From positions 310,001 to 374,000 of the forward strand of contig NGBS01000002.1 of NCBI GenBank assembly GCA_002245135.1: a stretch of DNA of 64,000 nt. Direction: 5' to 3'. Each line of letters starts with the position of its first letter. The first letter of the stretch is position 1. The notes beneath the pieces were generated by a model. That model saw nothing but the letters and a program-made list of their open reading frames with translations. It did no database searches and was not told the origin of the DNA. Below are positions 1 through 13,530 of this stretch, one piece after another. The position numbers and the translations under genes were made by a program. The stretch comes from Proteromonas lacertae (taxonomy: Eukaryota).

Positions 1-3000
1 TAAATATGACTTTAATTTATTCTGGAAATGTGGTAATAATATACTGTAGATTGATGTTTCGTTAATACCATATTCTAATTCAATTACTTTATAGTTAAAG
101 TAAAATGGTAATTCTTTATTCAATGAATCTAAGAACATACTGCTTGGTGTATTTCCTTTCAATGTAAATAAAACCATTTCATATTTATTCTTAGAATATT
201 CAATCATAGTATCTTTTATTAAACTGACATAATTACCAGGATCAATTGTATTTAATAGAATGTTATTATTACATAACTTCACATCGTCAACATATAACAA
301 TGAAGTAGAAATTAATAAGTTATGATTTATATCTATTTTATCCATCATTCTGCTAATCTCATAATTAGAAAAGTCACTAATATATATAACAAAATCATTA
401 CCAAAATTATGTTGTTTAACAATATTAACTAAATCATTCACTATTGTTTCATACATGACAACAATATTAATATCATATTTATCCTTCATATCAATCTTAG
501 TTTTCAATAATGAAGAATATAATCTAATAGTATAACCTTGTGGGTGAGTTTTTCTATTGATTAATACTATTTTCAATGGTAAAGCTGATGTATTTTTATA
601 TCCATTAGTTGGGATTCTCATATAATCAACAATCATCATTTTATCTCGAATAAATGGATATACTTCAAACTGATCATTTTGATTAACATCAGCTGAACTA
701 TTATTATTATTAACTCTAGATAGTATATTTGCATTATTATTATTATTATTATTACTATATTCAAACCAATTCTTTATATATTTATTCACTGTTATATTAA
801 CTACATATGGAACAGAGAATATCCAATCAGGATAAACTACTGAATCATATATATTAATATATTCTTCAGAATAGGGTATATAATTGATAGTATTGAATGA
901 ATAAACGTGATAATTATTACTAGTGCCATTTATATAAGAATTTAATATATCAATATTCATATTAATAACCAACAAATCATTATGAATTCTGGTTAGATTG
1001 TAATACTGAAAACACTCTTTACATTGATCATTATCCATTAATGTTATAATTAAATCATCTTCTTCAAGTGTATTATAAACTGCAGGACTGTATGAAGCAT
1101 TGGTTATATCAGTAACAATACTTGTCTTTAACTGATAATCTTTACTTATATTATCTATCATTAACTTTATTTTATCATTATAATCATTTAGTTTGTAGAT
1201 GAATACAAATCTTGTGTATTTATGTATTTGTAGTATTGTATGTAATTGGTAATAAATCATCATACTGCTAGACATTCCTACTTTATTTATACTCTCAATA
1301 TTATCTAATTCATCATTAGTAATGTAAGGATCAAGATAATAATATTCTATCTTTCTTTGTTTAAAGTAATTACCTAATAATGCACCACAATCATTATCTC
1401 CATTACTCAATACTGTTAATATATTATCATTATCAATCTCATCAAACTTAGAGATTATATTATTACAATTCTGAGTATTATAATTTCTATATTCAATCTT
1501 TACTACTAAATTGTAACTTGCTGCTAATGAAACATATTCATTTGTAATTGCTGTAATTTTAGTTAGAAGTTGAGAATCTGAAACTTTATTCTGATTATTA
1601 ATGCTATTCTTCTTAATGTCTAATATAAATATTCCTTTTGTATATATTATTGGACTACACTTTGATTTACAATCACACTGTAATGGATATATATAATTGG
1701 GCTGTAAGAACTCCTGACTAAATGCTGAATTGTAATTGGCTGTATTATCTACAGTGATTTCATTATAATTAGTAACTCCTTGTAGTTTAAACAGTGATGT
1801 TTGATGTTGTAATATATTATCAGATGTATAATATAAATCACCCTTTGGCGCATAGTTTAATCCAGTTTCTTTATTACCATATAAATCATAAATATTCTTT
1901 CTTAAACAATTACTGAAATCTTTACTTTGTTCATGACAATCAGTTAGTAATTTTGGTACAACCAACGAACATGTCAAATGTACAATAAACATACGTTCAT
2001 TGTAATTAACTTGATTAAACGTATAACTTATTAAATCCTTCATTATTTCTGCATACATCTTCTTAGAATCAAAGATTGTAGTTGAAAATATATTCCACAT
2101 AGTATGTGCACCACTTTGTTTATAATCTTCTAATAATACTTTTGGATCTTCACTTATATGTAATATATTCAATTCAATACTTAGATTCTTAACAATGAAC
2201 TTATTAATAAATGAACTTCTACAGTTTGTATAATTATATGGTAAATAAATAATCACATCTGTTATTTTATTAACATTATCTGGTAATAGATTCTCATCAA
2301 AACTACAAGTTATTGGATCAATTAACACTGCAGTAGACACTTGTTTATTCCAACTCTTTACTTTAGCATTGATTAAATCAACAGCTAATTTACCATCATC
2401 AGTATCAACAGTAATAACCACATACTTTTCATTATTGTTATTATTGATTCTTGGTACATTAGCATCATAATATTTCATATCTCTTAATAGGAAATTACCG
2501 GTATACATAATATTCTTATCACACTGTTGTCCTACCAATGAAGATGTTGATATTAATAACGAATTACTGTTGGATATGTCATCTAAAATAACCTTTGGAA
2601 TTGGAGTGTTGAATATCCATACAAATACACCAAAGCAACTACTGTTACTACTGAATAAGAATGAATGAATAGCGTTAATTACCTTACTACTATCATTACT
2701 AATCCAAATATAAGGTAATGCATTATCATCTAAGTGATACAAGGTAATAAATAGTGTATTAATCTCCTGATAATGGTTTTTATTATTATTGGTCTTCATT
2801 TCATCTAATCCAATAAAGAATATCTTGTTATATTTATTATCTACATCATTTGTGGCTGATATTATCTTCTTATTACCATTTATACTGCATATTGTACGTT
2901 GATAAGAGGGCTGTAATAATCTATCTTCATTATTGAATGTATAAGTTGTTTTTTCTATTACTAATGGGTAGTATAAATTGTTATAAACATCATTATCATC

Positions 3001-3951
3001 TCTTAATGTATAGATGCTGTATTTATTGTGCAAATAATTAGATAATATTTCTTTATTATCTACGTAATATTGCTTAATTAAATTCTGGAATAATGGTGTA
3101 TAAAACATATGTAATGTTGAATATATCTTCTTCACTATATTCAAGTATCTAATGTAAGCATCAATACTGCTGTACTTAAAATGAATATCTTCATAACGAT
3201 CACCTTGATGTTGCTGTATTGCCATTGGGAAATAAATTGTATGAATACCCCAATAACCTCCTTGATTCTTTGATCTATTTAAAATCTCTCTCTGAGTAAG
3301 GAAATCTAAAAATACATAACGGTTCATTGAGTGGTATATATTATTAAATATTTTATCGATAAAAATATTCTTTTTCTCCATTGAAACGATTGTAATTCCA
3401 TTACCATATTTTGATTTGACAGTGGCACCATCATCAATTGGGTAATATGGACATGCTAAACCAGCTACAGCACAATAATTACTTATCCATTCATATTCAG
3501 GTGGTGGAGTGGAATCTTCACCTACAAAGATAATTGGACCATCATATGTGAAATACTTAATAACTATTTAAATTAAATAATATAAAAATGTAATATTTAT
3601 ACTGATTTCATAGGGAAAAGTGGGATTTCCAGTAGAATATACATTAGGAAGGCAGCCACTATATTCATCCATAATAAATACACTGTTAGATGTTGTATCA
3701 ATAGGTTGATTTACAAAAGTACCTGAATGGGTATAAATAACAACATCATTAACAGGACTAAAGGATTCGTTAGAACATTTGAATAAAAGATTAATATTAC
3801 TTTGATGTTTAAATACATTTGAGTAAACTCCTGATAAATAGGAAATAGACTCTGAAGTACACTCGTTCGTCTCTTTGTTTAGCACAATATAAAGGCTTTT
3901 ATCTGCAGCAACCAGTGAGATAAGTAAAAGCAGCAAAATTAATCTGTTCAT
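1..3951 (-). CDS. Large secreted/surface protein (>1300 aa, truncated by window edge) with degenerate periplasmic-binding-protein-like repeats; probable paralog of the giant GPCR
   Basis: Signal peptide MNRLILLLLLISLVAA. A GT-AG intron at 3602-3564 joins the 127-aa ORF to a frame with no stop seen in the parts translated (1-720 and 2461-3563). Motifs EYSGCLPNVYSTGNP and LVGQQCDKNIMYTGN resemble the EGxECxxNxxYTG repeat motif of the 17416-29134 gene. Confidence 0.7.
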
Positions 3952-4635
3952 ATCTAAAACAGAATGATTTTATTTTATTAGAATAACTGCAATTTGACCT
4001 TTGACATGTATTTTGGTCAAATTACTTTTTTTGCATTTCTATTTTTTCATCGCCAAACAGATGATATAATATACTTTTGAAATGTTAATTTATCTAAGGT
4101 TGTTGTATGTTATAGCGGTTAGTTTAGTAATGATTTATTAAGCTCAGAATTTAGATGATAATGTATATATTATAATATAATCATGGATTTGTTTTACTTA
4201 TCATTTTGCTTACTTTTAAAGATTTTTAATAGCCAGATTAATAACGATTTTTATACATTTACTGTAAACTTCGTCGCTTGTCCTGGCAAAATAGATTTTG
4301 TATTTATCTGATTCTTTTTACTTGTTTATGGTAATTTAGTTATTGATAAATACATTCATTATTTTAATTTTATTGTATAGATTCAGGCATAGATGAGGTG
4401 AAACGTCCTGATGCTGTAAGTAGAAGATGTGAAAGCATTTGAGTGAGGTTCAGTAACTTTTGTAAAATGATAATTTAATGTTTTATTTGTCAGTTTAAAA
4501 ATGTTGTTTGTTGCATAATGTAATTCATATCTCAAATAATTACCACATCTATATTGGCTATGTAAAGATATTCTTTATTTTTATTTTCAAGTCAAAGCTT
4601 GACAGTTTGGATCTTTAATTGGGATTTTTGAAAGA

Positions 4636-7433
4636 ATGTCGATTTATGGAATTGATATTGGTGGTACGAATATAGTTATCGGCACAATTGTCACTGAAAG
4701 ATTAATTAAAGGGAGTGTTGGATGTGAGATTTTACTTAATGACTGTTCTCATCGTAAAACACCGTATATCAATATACTCTTTATTATGCTAGTGCTGTTG
4801 TTTCTTTTAAAGATCAACAAAGGTTCATTGGTGAACATGCTTCACAACAGGAACTAACTAATTATAAAAATACTGTCTCTTACATCAAAGATTTGTTTGG
4901 TAAAAAAATGTCAGACCAAGATATACAACATAGTCTAAGATATCATCCTACTGTAATGAAAGGTCAAAATGATGAAATTTCATTTCAAGTGAATTATATG
5001 AATAAAAATCAAGTATTTACAACAGAACAAATCTACCTTACCCTTCTACACAGAATTTCTCAAATTATCAACAACGACAGAAGTAATAAATACGATCCTA
5101 TCACATGTACAATCGCAGTCCCATCATATTATAATCTCAATCAAAGAGCTATACTCACTGACTTAGCAAAAATGACAGATTATAAATGTAGTGGAGTTAT
5201 ACCAGAATGCACAGCTACAGCATTAGCATATGGTATAATGAATTTACAAAGACTGAATGCCGAAGAAAAGGACACGATTGTGATGTTTGTAGATATGGGT
5301 TATATTTCAGCATCAGCTTCTGTTGTAAAATATTCAAAGAATTCACTAACTGTCTTATCCAATGAATTTGATTCATCATTAGGTGGTAGATTGATAGATG
5401 AGATTGTCTCTGATTTTATAGCAGATGCATTTGTTCAAAAGTATCATGAAGATCCGAGAAAAAATCCAAAAGCACTATTAAAGCTAAGAAAAGCAGCTGA
5501 AAAGTGTAAATTGAGTTTAAGTCCACAGGGAGTAAGTCATGCAGAAGTTGATGTTGAAAGTTTAATGAATGATATTGATTTCCATACAAGAATGCAATTA
5601 ACTGATTTAGAAAGTGGATTAAAAGCAAAACATATACCTGAAAGATTAACGGCAATAATAGAAAGAGCCTTGAAATCAGCTGGTATTACTGATTTATCTA
5701 TGATTAGTTCTACTGAAATTACAGGTGGATCTATTCGTATTCCTTTGTTGAAGAAAACAGTTGCCGAATTTTTACATTACGATTTAACAGTGATTAATTA
5801 TGGATTAAGTACAACATTGAATATGGATGAATGTATCGCAATTGGTTGTACATATTACAATGCAATTGGTAATGGAAAATGGAAATATGAAGTGAATGAA
5901 TGTCAATCCATTAAAATAGATCCTTCTGATCTTATAGGAAAAGGATTATCGTTAAATCAAGTTAGTGCATTCAAGAAAGTAGAAAAAGATATGCAAAATC
6001 AAGATGAAATGTTAAAAGAAAAAGCTGAAAAATGTAATAAATTAGAATCATTGATATATTTATATCGTAATAAATTAGATAGTATTAAAGACATTCCTCC
6101 TCCAAAGAAATTAGCATTTCAAGAAACATTAAGAGCAACTCAGGATTGGTTAGAATCATATGAATGTGAAAATGCTGATGCATTTACTGTTGATCATAAA
6201 GTTTCCAGTTTGCAGAACGATTTTGAAGCATTAACAATGAAGAATTTAACACCAAAAAATGAAAGAAAAGAAGCGTATAATCAGATTGAGGAATTGGTGA
6301 AAGAATATACAGATATTATACAATCATTTGTATTTTTAATTGTTATTATATTTTATGAATAGGATAGTAAATATACTGCATTAACATTCGAAACAAAAGA
6401 TAAAGTCCGTGGAGTGTGTAAAGAAGCAACTGATTGGTTAGATGCTGCTCAAGATAGACCAATCCAACCAAAACCAGAAGAGATTCTTCAACAGAAAGAT
6501 GAATTTGAAAAAAGATTAAAAGAATTAGTTTTCCCAGGTTCAACCTCTTCAGGAAAGAAATTAACTCGTAGAGGATCAAGTGTTACTGATTTACCAGCAA
6601 TGGCTTCAGCTGCACCATCAGCAACACCTTCAGCAGCTCCACAAGTAAGTCCATCTGTTGCACAACCTTCTCATAGAAGAGGATCAAGTGTTGGTGTTTT
6701 ACCTCCTACTGCTCCTCAGGCAAATGCACCACCAAGACCATCACAACCACAACGTCCAGCAGCTACTGCAGCTTCTAATAATCCATTCGCACAAGGTGGA
6801 GCAGCAGCATCAATACAAAGAGCATCTTCTGGAAATACTAATCCATTTGCACAGAATTATCAACAAAGACAACCAACAGCAGGAGCAGCAGCTCAAGCTG
6901 GTTATACCCCACAACAACTACAGCAGCAACAGCAACAACAACAATATGCAGCATATCAGCAACAACAAGCTGCAGCTGCTAGAGGATATCCTCAACAACA
7001 ACAAGCAGCTTATCCACAACAACAGGCTTATGCTCAACAACAGCGGGCATATCCTCGACAACAAGTTGCATATCCACAGCAACAAGCTTATCCACAACAG
7101 CAACAATATACTCCCCAACAATTACAGCAACAACAATATGCAGCTTATCAACAGCAACAAGCTGCTGCAGCTGCAGCTAGAGGTTATCCACAACAACAAG
7201 CATATCCACAACAAGCTGGTTATGCTCAACAACAGGCTTATCCACAACAACAAGCATATCCACAACAACAATATGGTGCTTATCCTCAACAACAACAACA
7301 ATACACTCCACAACAACAACAAGCATATAATGCTCAATATGCTGCTTACCAGCAACAACAAGCTGCTGCTGCAGCTGCAGCAAGAGGATATCCACAGCAA
7401 CAACAACAATATCCTAGACAAGGAGGATGGTAA
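4636..7433 (+). CDS. HSP110: Atypical Hsp110/SSE-family Hsp70 (~911 aa) with Q/Y/P/A-rich C-terminal tail
   Basis: Motifs GIDIG, LLNDCSHRKTP, AVPSYY, FVDMG, LGGRLID, EITGGSIRIP and LSTTLNMDECIAIG, plus the helical KCNKLESLIY region. Introns 4764-4792 and 6330-6362 join three ORFs in frame. Confidence 0.88.
6860..7420 (+). repeat. Coding low-complexity repeats (YPQQQ / YAAYQQQQAAAA) in the Hsp110 tail
   Basis: CAA/CAG-rich imperfect repeats, which also produce spurious overlapping ORFs in other frames. Confidence 0.9.
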
Positions 7434-7674
7434 TTATCATTTCTATTTAGGTTATTATTCAATCATACATATTGTAATTTACATATGTAATGTGAGATTA
7501 TTTTTTTTATTTGCATTGTGTGAATTATGTAATTTGTTAAAACAAAATATAACAGAATTGAATAGATTCTTTTGAATATATATACCATATGTTTAAAGAA
7601 AAAACATAACAAAAGCAAAATGTAAAAACAAAATATAACATATCAAAAAGATTAAATAAATAGAATAATATTCT

Positions 7675-8087
7675 TCACTTATAATCACTCCTAATAGGTT
7701 GCAGTACAAACTTATTTCTAGGTTCTTTTATTGGAGGAGTAGTGGGATGATTATCATTAGACTTAAATTCAGGCACTGGACGGCTGTCAATTGGATCTAA
7801 CAGAGAAGTCCTTCTTGGAGCAGATACTATGTTATGTTTTTCAACTATCAAAAAATAGAATTGAATAATAATACCTTCAATAGGGGAAAAACGAGGTAGA
7901 GGTCCTTCTATAGGATCAAGGCTTTGCCTTGCACGGGCTGATTTTGGTATGTGTATTGGAGAATCATAGTCGTATTTACTATCTTGAACAGTTGGTATAT
8001 CTGTTTTTAATTCAATTGGTTCTAATGTTCTAATTACTGGCTTATATTTCTGTAGAATATAGTAAAAATATTGAACTATACTGGCAT
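7675..8087 (-). CDS. Small proline-rich hypothetical protein (~116 aa, 3 exons)
   Basis: ATG CCA, intron, KYKPVIRTLEPIEL...FSPIE, intron, ...LQPIRSDYK, TGA. Two ~30-nt GTAT...AG introns keep the frame. Absent from the ORF track. Confidence 0.7.
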
Positions 8088-8270
8088 TTTTTATAAAATT
8101 ATAAACTCATTCTAATTATAGAGAAAAATTGATTTTATTTAATATGGCCGTTTTTGCAGTTATTTTTTAATTGTTGTTTTTTTATCAAATTACTTTTTCA
8201 TTCCCAACAAAAACAAGAAAATTCTATACATTATGTCATCAAAGTGCATTTCAGAAGAATATGACCTGCT

Positions 8271-10166
8271 TCAACATTTCTGCACAGGATATTTAATACT
8301 CAAATAAAGATAGTATGGTATCAGTGAAGGAGCAATCCTCATTGCACATAAATAACCAGACATAAATGCTCCTAAAAATCCATTAGTAACTGTTTAAACA
8401 AAATTAAAAAAAAATCATTTATATAAACAAAATATCAAAAAAAAGATATATCTTGTCCACATGTATACAGATTACTAAATGGAGTTTCATATGCAAATTC
8501 CTTCCAATTTGAAAATCTCTTTGGACAGCCAGATAATCCATAACTCGAACCATCTGGAGAGTTGATATAATATTGAGTAGTAACAGGAGTACTAGTTTCT
8601 TTAAACAATACATTGCCTTTCATCTTTGGGAATCTTTTATACATTAAATCTAATACTTTACTTTCAAATTCATTCTTTAATTCAGTATAATCTTCATCTC
8701 GATGTCGCGGTTTTTGATCATTCCATTTCTTATACCAATCATATTCACCACCTTCTGTCATTATTATAGCAATTGTTTTACCTGGATATTTCTCTAATAA
8801 TTCAGGATTCTTACTGCTTGGAAATGATGCAAATAAACCAGGTATAACTTTGGTCTTTTTATAATCTGATGTTATTTTATCAACATCATAATCAATTAAA
8901 TTCCAATAATTAGCAGCGGATATTCCTAATTCATCAGGTTTACCGTTTAATACCATCATTATCATGAAATGACCTAAGGATTGTGGAACACCTTCAAAGA
9001 TTTTGGTTAATTTGTATTGATCTCTTAATTTCTATTTTTATATAATACATAATAAATATATACTTCTGGTACAAGTTGTTTATATGTAATTGGCATTCCA
9101 ACAGCACTTACTACCTTGGATGCTCTTATCTCTATATCCTCTCTATTATTATATTTTACATTCACTCCAACTGCTTCATTCTTATCATTGAATAATATTG
9201 AAGTTACATTTGCACCTGTTAACACTCTTCCTCCTCTTCTTTCGATATATCTTATCCACTGTTTTGCTGGTTCTGATGCACCTTTCTAATCAAATAAATA
9301 AATAAATATTATTATTATACTTTAGGATAATAAGCACCGCTTATATAATGTGTTAAACCTACAGCATGCATAGCAAATGATGCTTTACAAGGAGGATCAC
9401 CATATACACCATATGGATGAGCTAATACTGCATATAACTTCTTATTAGAAGTTAATGAATCTAAAACTTCTTTCAATGTCATATTTGAATATTTGTTGAA
9501 CGGATCAGCAAAGTATTTGTCTAATAAATTGGCTAGTGGTCTTGGCAGCACTTTTAAAGCTTCGAAAAAATTCATTTTCTTAGCTGAGTCATATACCATG
9601 TTGATGAATTTGTCAATTGCTAGTTTTTCATCTGGAAACCATTTGTAGAGATTGTCTCTATATCTATCAAGTCCTTCTTCAAACACATATATATCATCCC
9701 CCATTTGTAACTCATCATATACATGTCCACTTTTTCCTCCATGCATTTCGTAAAATTCAATTGGTTCATCAGCAACACTATTCATAACATGATAGTATTG
9801 GTATTTATCTCCCATTTGACCTAAATAATGAATTCCTGTATCAAATTCATATCCATCCTTTTGGTAAGTGTGCATACAACCTCCTGCAACATCATGCTTC
9901 TCAAGTACTAATACTTTATATCCTGCTTGGCTTAAATGAGCAGCACAACCTAATCCACCTGGACCACTACCAATAACAATTGCATCTATGTCTGTGGGAA
10001 TTTTTTCTTTCTTAAATCCTATGGAAAACAATATTACGAGATAAATACGATTCTGAACAGGATTGTGTTCGTTTTTCAAATCTGCATCAGGATCAGGTGG
10101 GCATGGTGAAAAATATTTATACAATAAATAAATAAATAAGGGCAATGCGGTTAAGATGACAAACAT
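8271..10166 (-). CDS. RETSAT: All-trans-retinol 13,14-reductase-like / phytoene-dehydrogenase-family FAD oxidoreductase
   Basis: N-terminal TM anchor, IVIGSGPGGL Rossmann motif, LEKHDVAGGCMHTY, FDTGIHYLG, STPVTTQYY and NLYTCGQD. Last exon reads VTNGFLGAFMSGYLCA. Several short introns, one non-canonical. Confidence 0.88.
8392..8449 (-). other. Putative U12-type (minor) intron with AT-AA or AT-AC ends
   Basis: Starts ATATCTTT directly after GQD, has TTTTTTAAT near the 3' end, and removing 56 nt restores the frame into xVTNGFLGA. Confidence 0.65.
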
Positions 10167-10232
10167 TTTATTTTCTTTTTTCGAAAACCAGATCTTAATT
10201 CACATTCAAATAACCAATTTTTCATTTTTAAA

Positions 10233-10568
10233 ATGACATCTGAACTACAAGAAGGAACAATCAAGAAGATAGCTGTGTCAGTTGCAGATGAATCCAAAGT
10301 ATAGATATATAAGGTGATTATTCTAACATTAGTTTTCTAAAGATTCAATCACTGCTATTACTCAGGCGGCAACAGCATTTGCTTTATATCTTGCTTCAGC
10401 GTATTATTTTATATTGTTAAACAATTATATTTTAGGTCAAATGAGTTTACAAAAGAGAGAAGAGCTCAAAACATCAACAGTGCTGATGTTTTAGCTGCAC
10501 TCGATGAAATAAATTTCGATGAGTTTGTAGAACCAATTAAAAAGCATCTTGAAACTTGTGCTAAGTGA
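10233..10568 (+). CDS. POLE3: Histone-fold protein, DNA polymerase epsilon subunit 3 / CHRAC17 (NF-YB-like)
   Basis: Spliced translation MTSELQEGTIKKIAVSVADESKFSKDSITAITQAATAFALYLASASNEFTKERRAQNINSADVLAALDEINFDEFVEPIKKHLETCAK, using two GT-AG introns. Not in the ORF track. Confidence 0.78.
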
Positions 10569-10696
10569 AATGAAAAGTGATTTACTAGATTTTGAATATA
10601 TAAAGTCGTAATTTAATTTTTTTTAACTCTATGTCTATGTATTATACAAAAACAAAACTACAACAAAAACATTTCATTCTAAAACAATATTTAAAT

Positions 10697-13513
10697 CTAT
10701 TCATTCCACAAAGGTAAAAACAAATGATTCATCAGTAATACAATAATAGCTGTAACAATATCAAATAAGAATTTGGGTATAAAAATATCTTTCAACATTA
10801 AATGCCTTCTTACAAACACAACGAATATCAAAGTGCATATTGTATTTAATAAATGCCATATACTTGAGATATAAACATACTGTCTTAAATATAACACTTG
10901 TCTATGACATATAAACAATACAAATAAAAATAATAATATCCAACATCCAAAAGTATTTAACAACACTAAAAATCCACTAATAAAGAAATTGAAATTAAAT
11001 AAACCAATAAAACCTGCATTATATTGTACTCTATTCAATTTACAAACATGACCAGTTATAAAGAATAAATGGTAACCCAACGTGCTTAATAATATTGATT
11101 TAAAATACATATTATTGGTTAAAAAATCTACTTCTTCAATATTGAATTCTAATAATACAAAACTGATGTATAAAGAAAACATAAATAATGTGAAATAAAA
11201 TAACATCACTGGAGAATTTGGACCAATCACCATTGCAAACAGTAATGTAAATGTTAATAATGTTAAATAGAAATAAGAATTATTATTTCTAAATACATAA
11301 TGACAAATTAATAAAATAGCTGATAATAGATAAATTGTTCTAGGAATTACTATCTGTAAGTTTAAATCAAATGGATTTGCTTCATTGGGAACTCCCCAGA
11401 ATAATGCTAATAGAAATACTTCAATATATATAACAAAGAAATATAAATATATATAAAGTGGTTGATTCATAAATACACTGATTATACCATTATTCTCATT
11501 ATTATTATAGTCATTATCATTATCTTCATCATCACTATTGTATAATAACGTATAAATTATATAGATTAATGGTAAACCAAATAATGGATAGAATGTATGT
11601 GATGAAGTGGATTGAATACTTTCAATAGCATGTGTTGTATAATCTGTTGTTTTTCTTAATGATAATATAGCAATTATTGGATAAAGTATTGTCATGAATG
11701 GTAAAGAATCTTTCTTATAATAATATTGTATATATAACTTAATAATATCAAACAATACAAAATATAATCCAATTTGAACAATGACAAACACAAAATAATT
11801 TTCATTTTCTATATAACTATTCGAAAATAAAGACCATAAATGCAATCCTAACATAACAATAGGAATAATTAAATATTTACCAACTTCTATAACAACTTCT
11901 TTATTAAAATTATGAACCAATTGTGATAAACATGTAAATAAACTGATTAATCCTATTGCTGTAGTTGCATGACTTATTCCTGTATATACAGAATCTGCTA
12001 CATAAGCTAAGAATAATGCATGAAGTAAAGAAATGACAACAGATACACTAAATTCAAAATTAAAGAATAATAAAGTAATAAGCAATACTAATGGACTAAA
12101 TGATAGTATTATTCCATTAATCATTCCTTTTACATCAATAGTTTCCCATATTTCCTTTGTGGCTGATCTTATACTTTTAAATATGGAGATATATAATTGT
12201 ATTTCATCATTTAAATCATATTCTTCTTCTTCTGATATATTATCTTTGTATGGTTTGATTTTTAATGACTGAAATATGGATAATAATTTCAAATCACTAA
12301 ATTTTGAATATTTTGAAATTAAAGGAATTATTGTTTTACCAGTAACTAAATCATATTCATTTATATATTTATATATTTGCATTAAATTCAATGATAATGA
12401 TTGATGTATTCTGTATAATGATGATAAGGTTAAATTCTTATGTTTATAACTAATTGGATAGTTTATTAATGGTATAAATGCATGACCAATATTACTAAAT
12501 GGAATTGGAATATTATATAACAAAGACAAAGTAGCTACTAAATCAATCTGTATAAAATAATCATCAAAATCACTATACATCGGATAACTATACTCACTCA
12601 ATAATCCTTGTTTACTATACATGAATAATCCAGCTTCAATTTCTTCTTTACTTTCTCCACCATGATCTCCTTGTGCAGTCATTCCATGATCACCAAATAC
12701 CAATAATAGTGTTTGATCATCAATTGTATTTATATCTCTACTTAACTCTCTGTTCATTTCATCTAATTTCTGAGACATTATTGCTGAATTTGCTTCGTAT
12801 CTATGTCCAATATGATCTACACCCAAGAAATGAGATATTATTAAAGATGATTTGTTCCTTGATATAGCCTTTGTTAAATGATTGTGACATCCATTGTCAA
12901 CAGTGTATAAATCTCTCACATTGAATGAATCATATGGATATACTTCATCCATTGTATTTGGATATAAAGAGATCCATGTATCATCACCCATAAATGTGAT
13001 TCTTTTATTGGCTTTTTTGAGTTGGTATAATATATTATCTTCTTTGATTTCTGCAGCTGCAAAGTTATCTTTCATATCTAAAAAAGATGGTATTGTACCT
13101 GTTGTTAGACCATAGAGTCTTTGGGATGTTATTGTTGGTGCATCAGCGATGAAATGAAATATATGAGAATTTTCTTTTTCTTCTTCTAATAGTTCTTTTA
13201 CAATTTTGAATCTGTTGGAATAATTGAAATTCTCAGAAGCATTTGGTGCTATGAAATCATAACGCAAAGCATCGATTAAGAGAATAACAACTTTGTTATA
13301 TCTAGTAACACCATTAAAAATTGTATTTTCAATATTTGACTTAGATTTAACATAGTCATCTACATCATATGAACTGTTCTTGTATATTTGTGTTCTATAG
13401 AATAAATGTTAAAGTTTTTACCTTGATGAAAGAAATCCAAGTAGATATATTGCTATTGCAGCAAGCACAACAGCATAAATGAAAAAATATTCATGGAGAA
13501 CAATGTAATACAT
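10697..13513 (-). CDS. PIGO: GPI ethanolamine phosphate transferase 3
   Basis: N-terminal TM, LLIDALRYDF, ADAPTITSQRLYGLTTG, FMGDDTW, HFLGVDHIGH, GDHGMTAQGDHGG and a multi-TM C-terminus with RRHLM...FIPKFLF. One intron near 13395-13421. Confidence 0.9.
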
Positions 13514-13530
13514 GAATTAAAAAGTTGATA

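Noticed and set aside
4080..4445. Possible small gene or hammerhead-like RNA between the first gene and Hsp110
   Set aside because: Intron-like segments exist but no consistent frame could be built. The CUGAUGA core is not intact and no stems were found.
6658..7575. Long overlapping ORFs in alternative frames/strands of the Hsp110 tail (also 58241-58891, 45079-45597, 56986-57210)
   Set aside because: Shadow ORFs of CAA-rich or RS repeats, with no independent coding signal.
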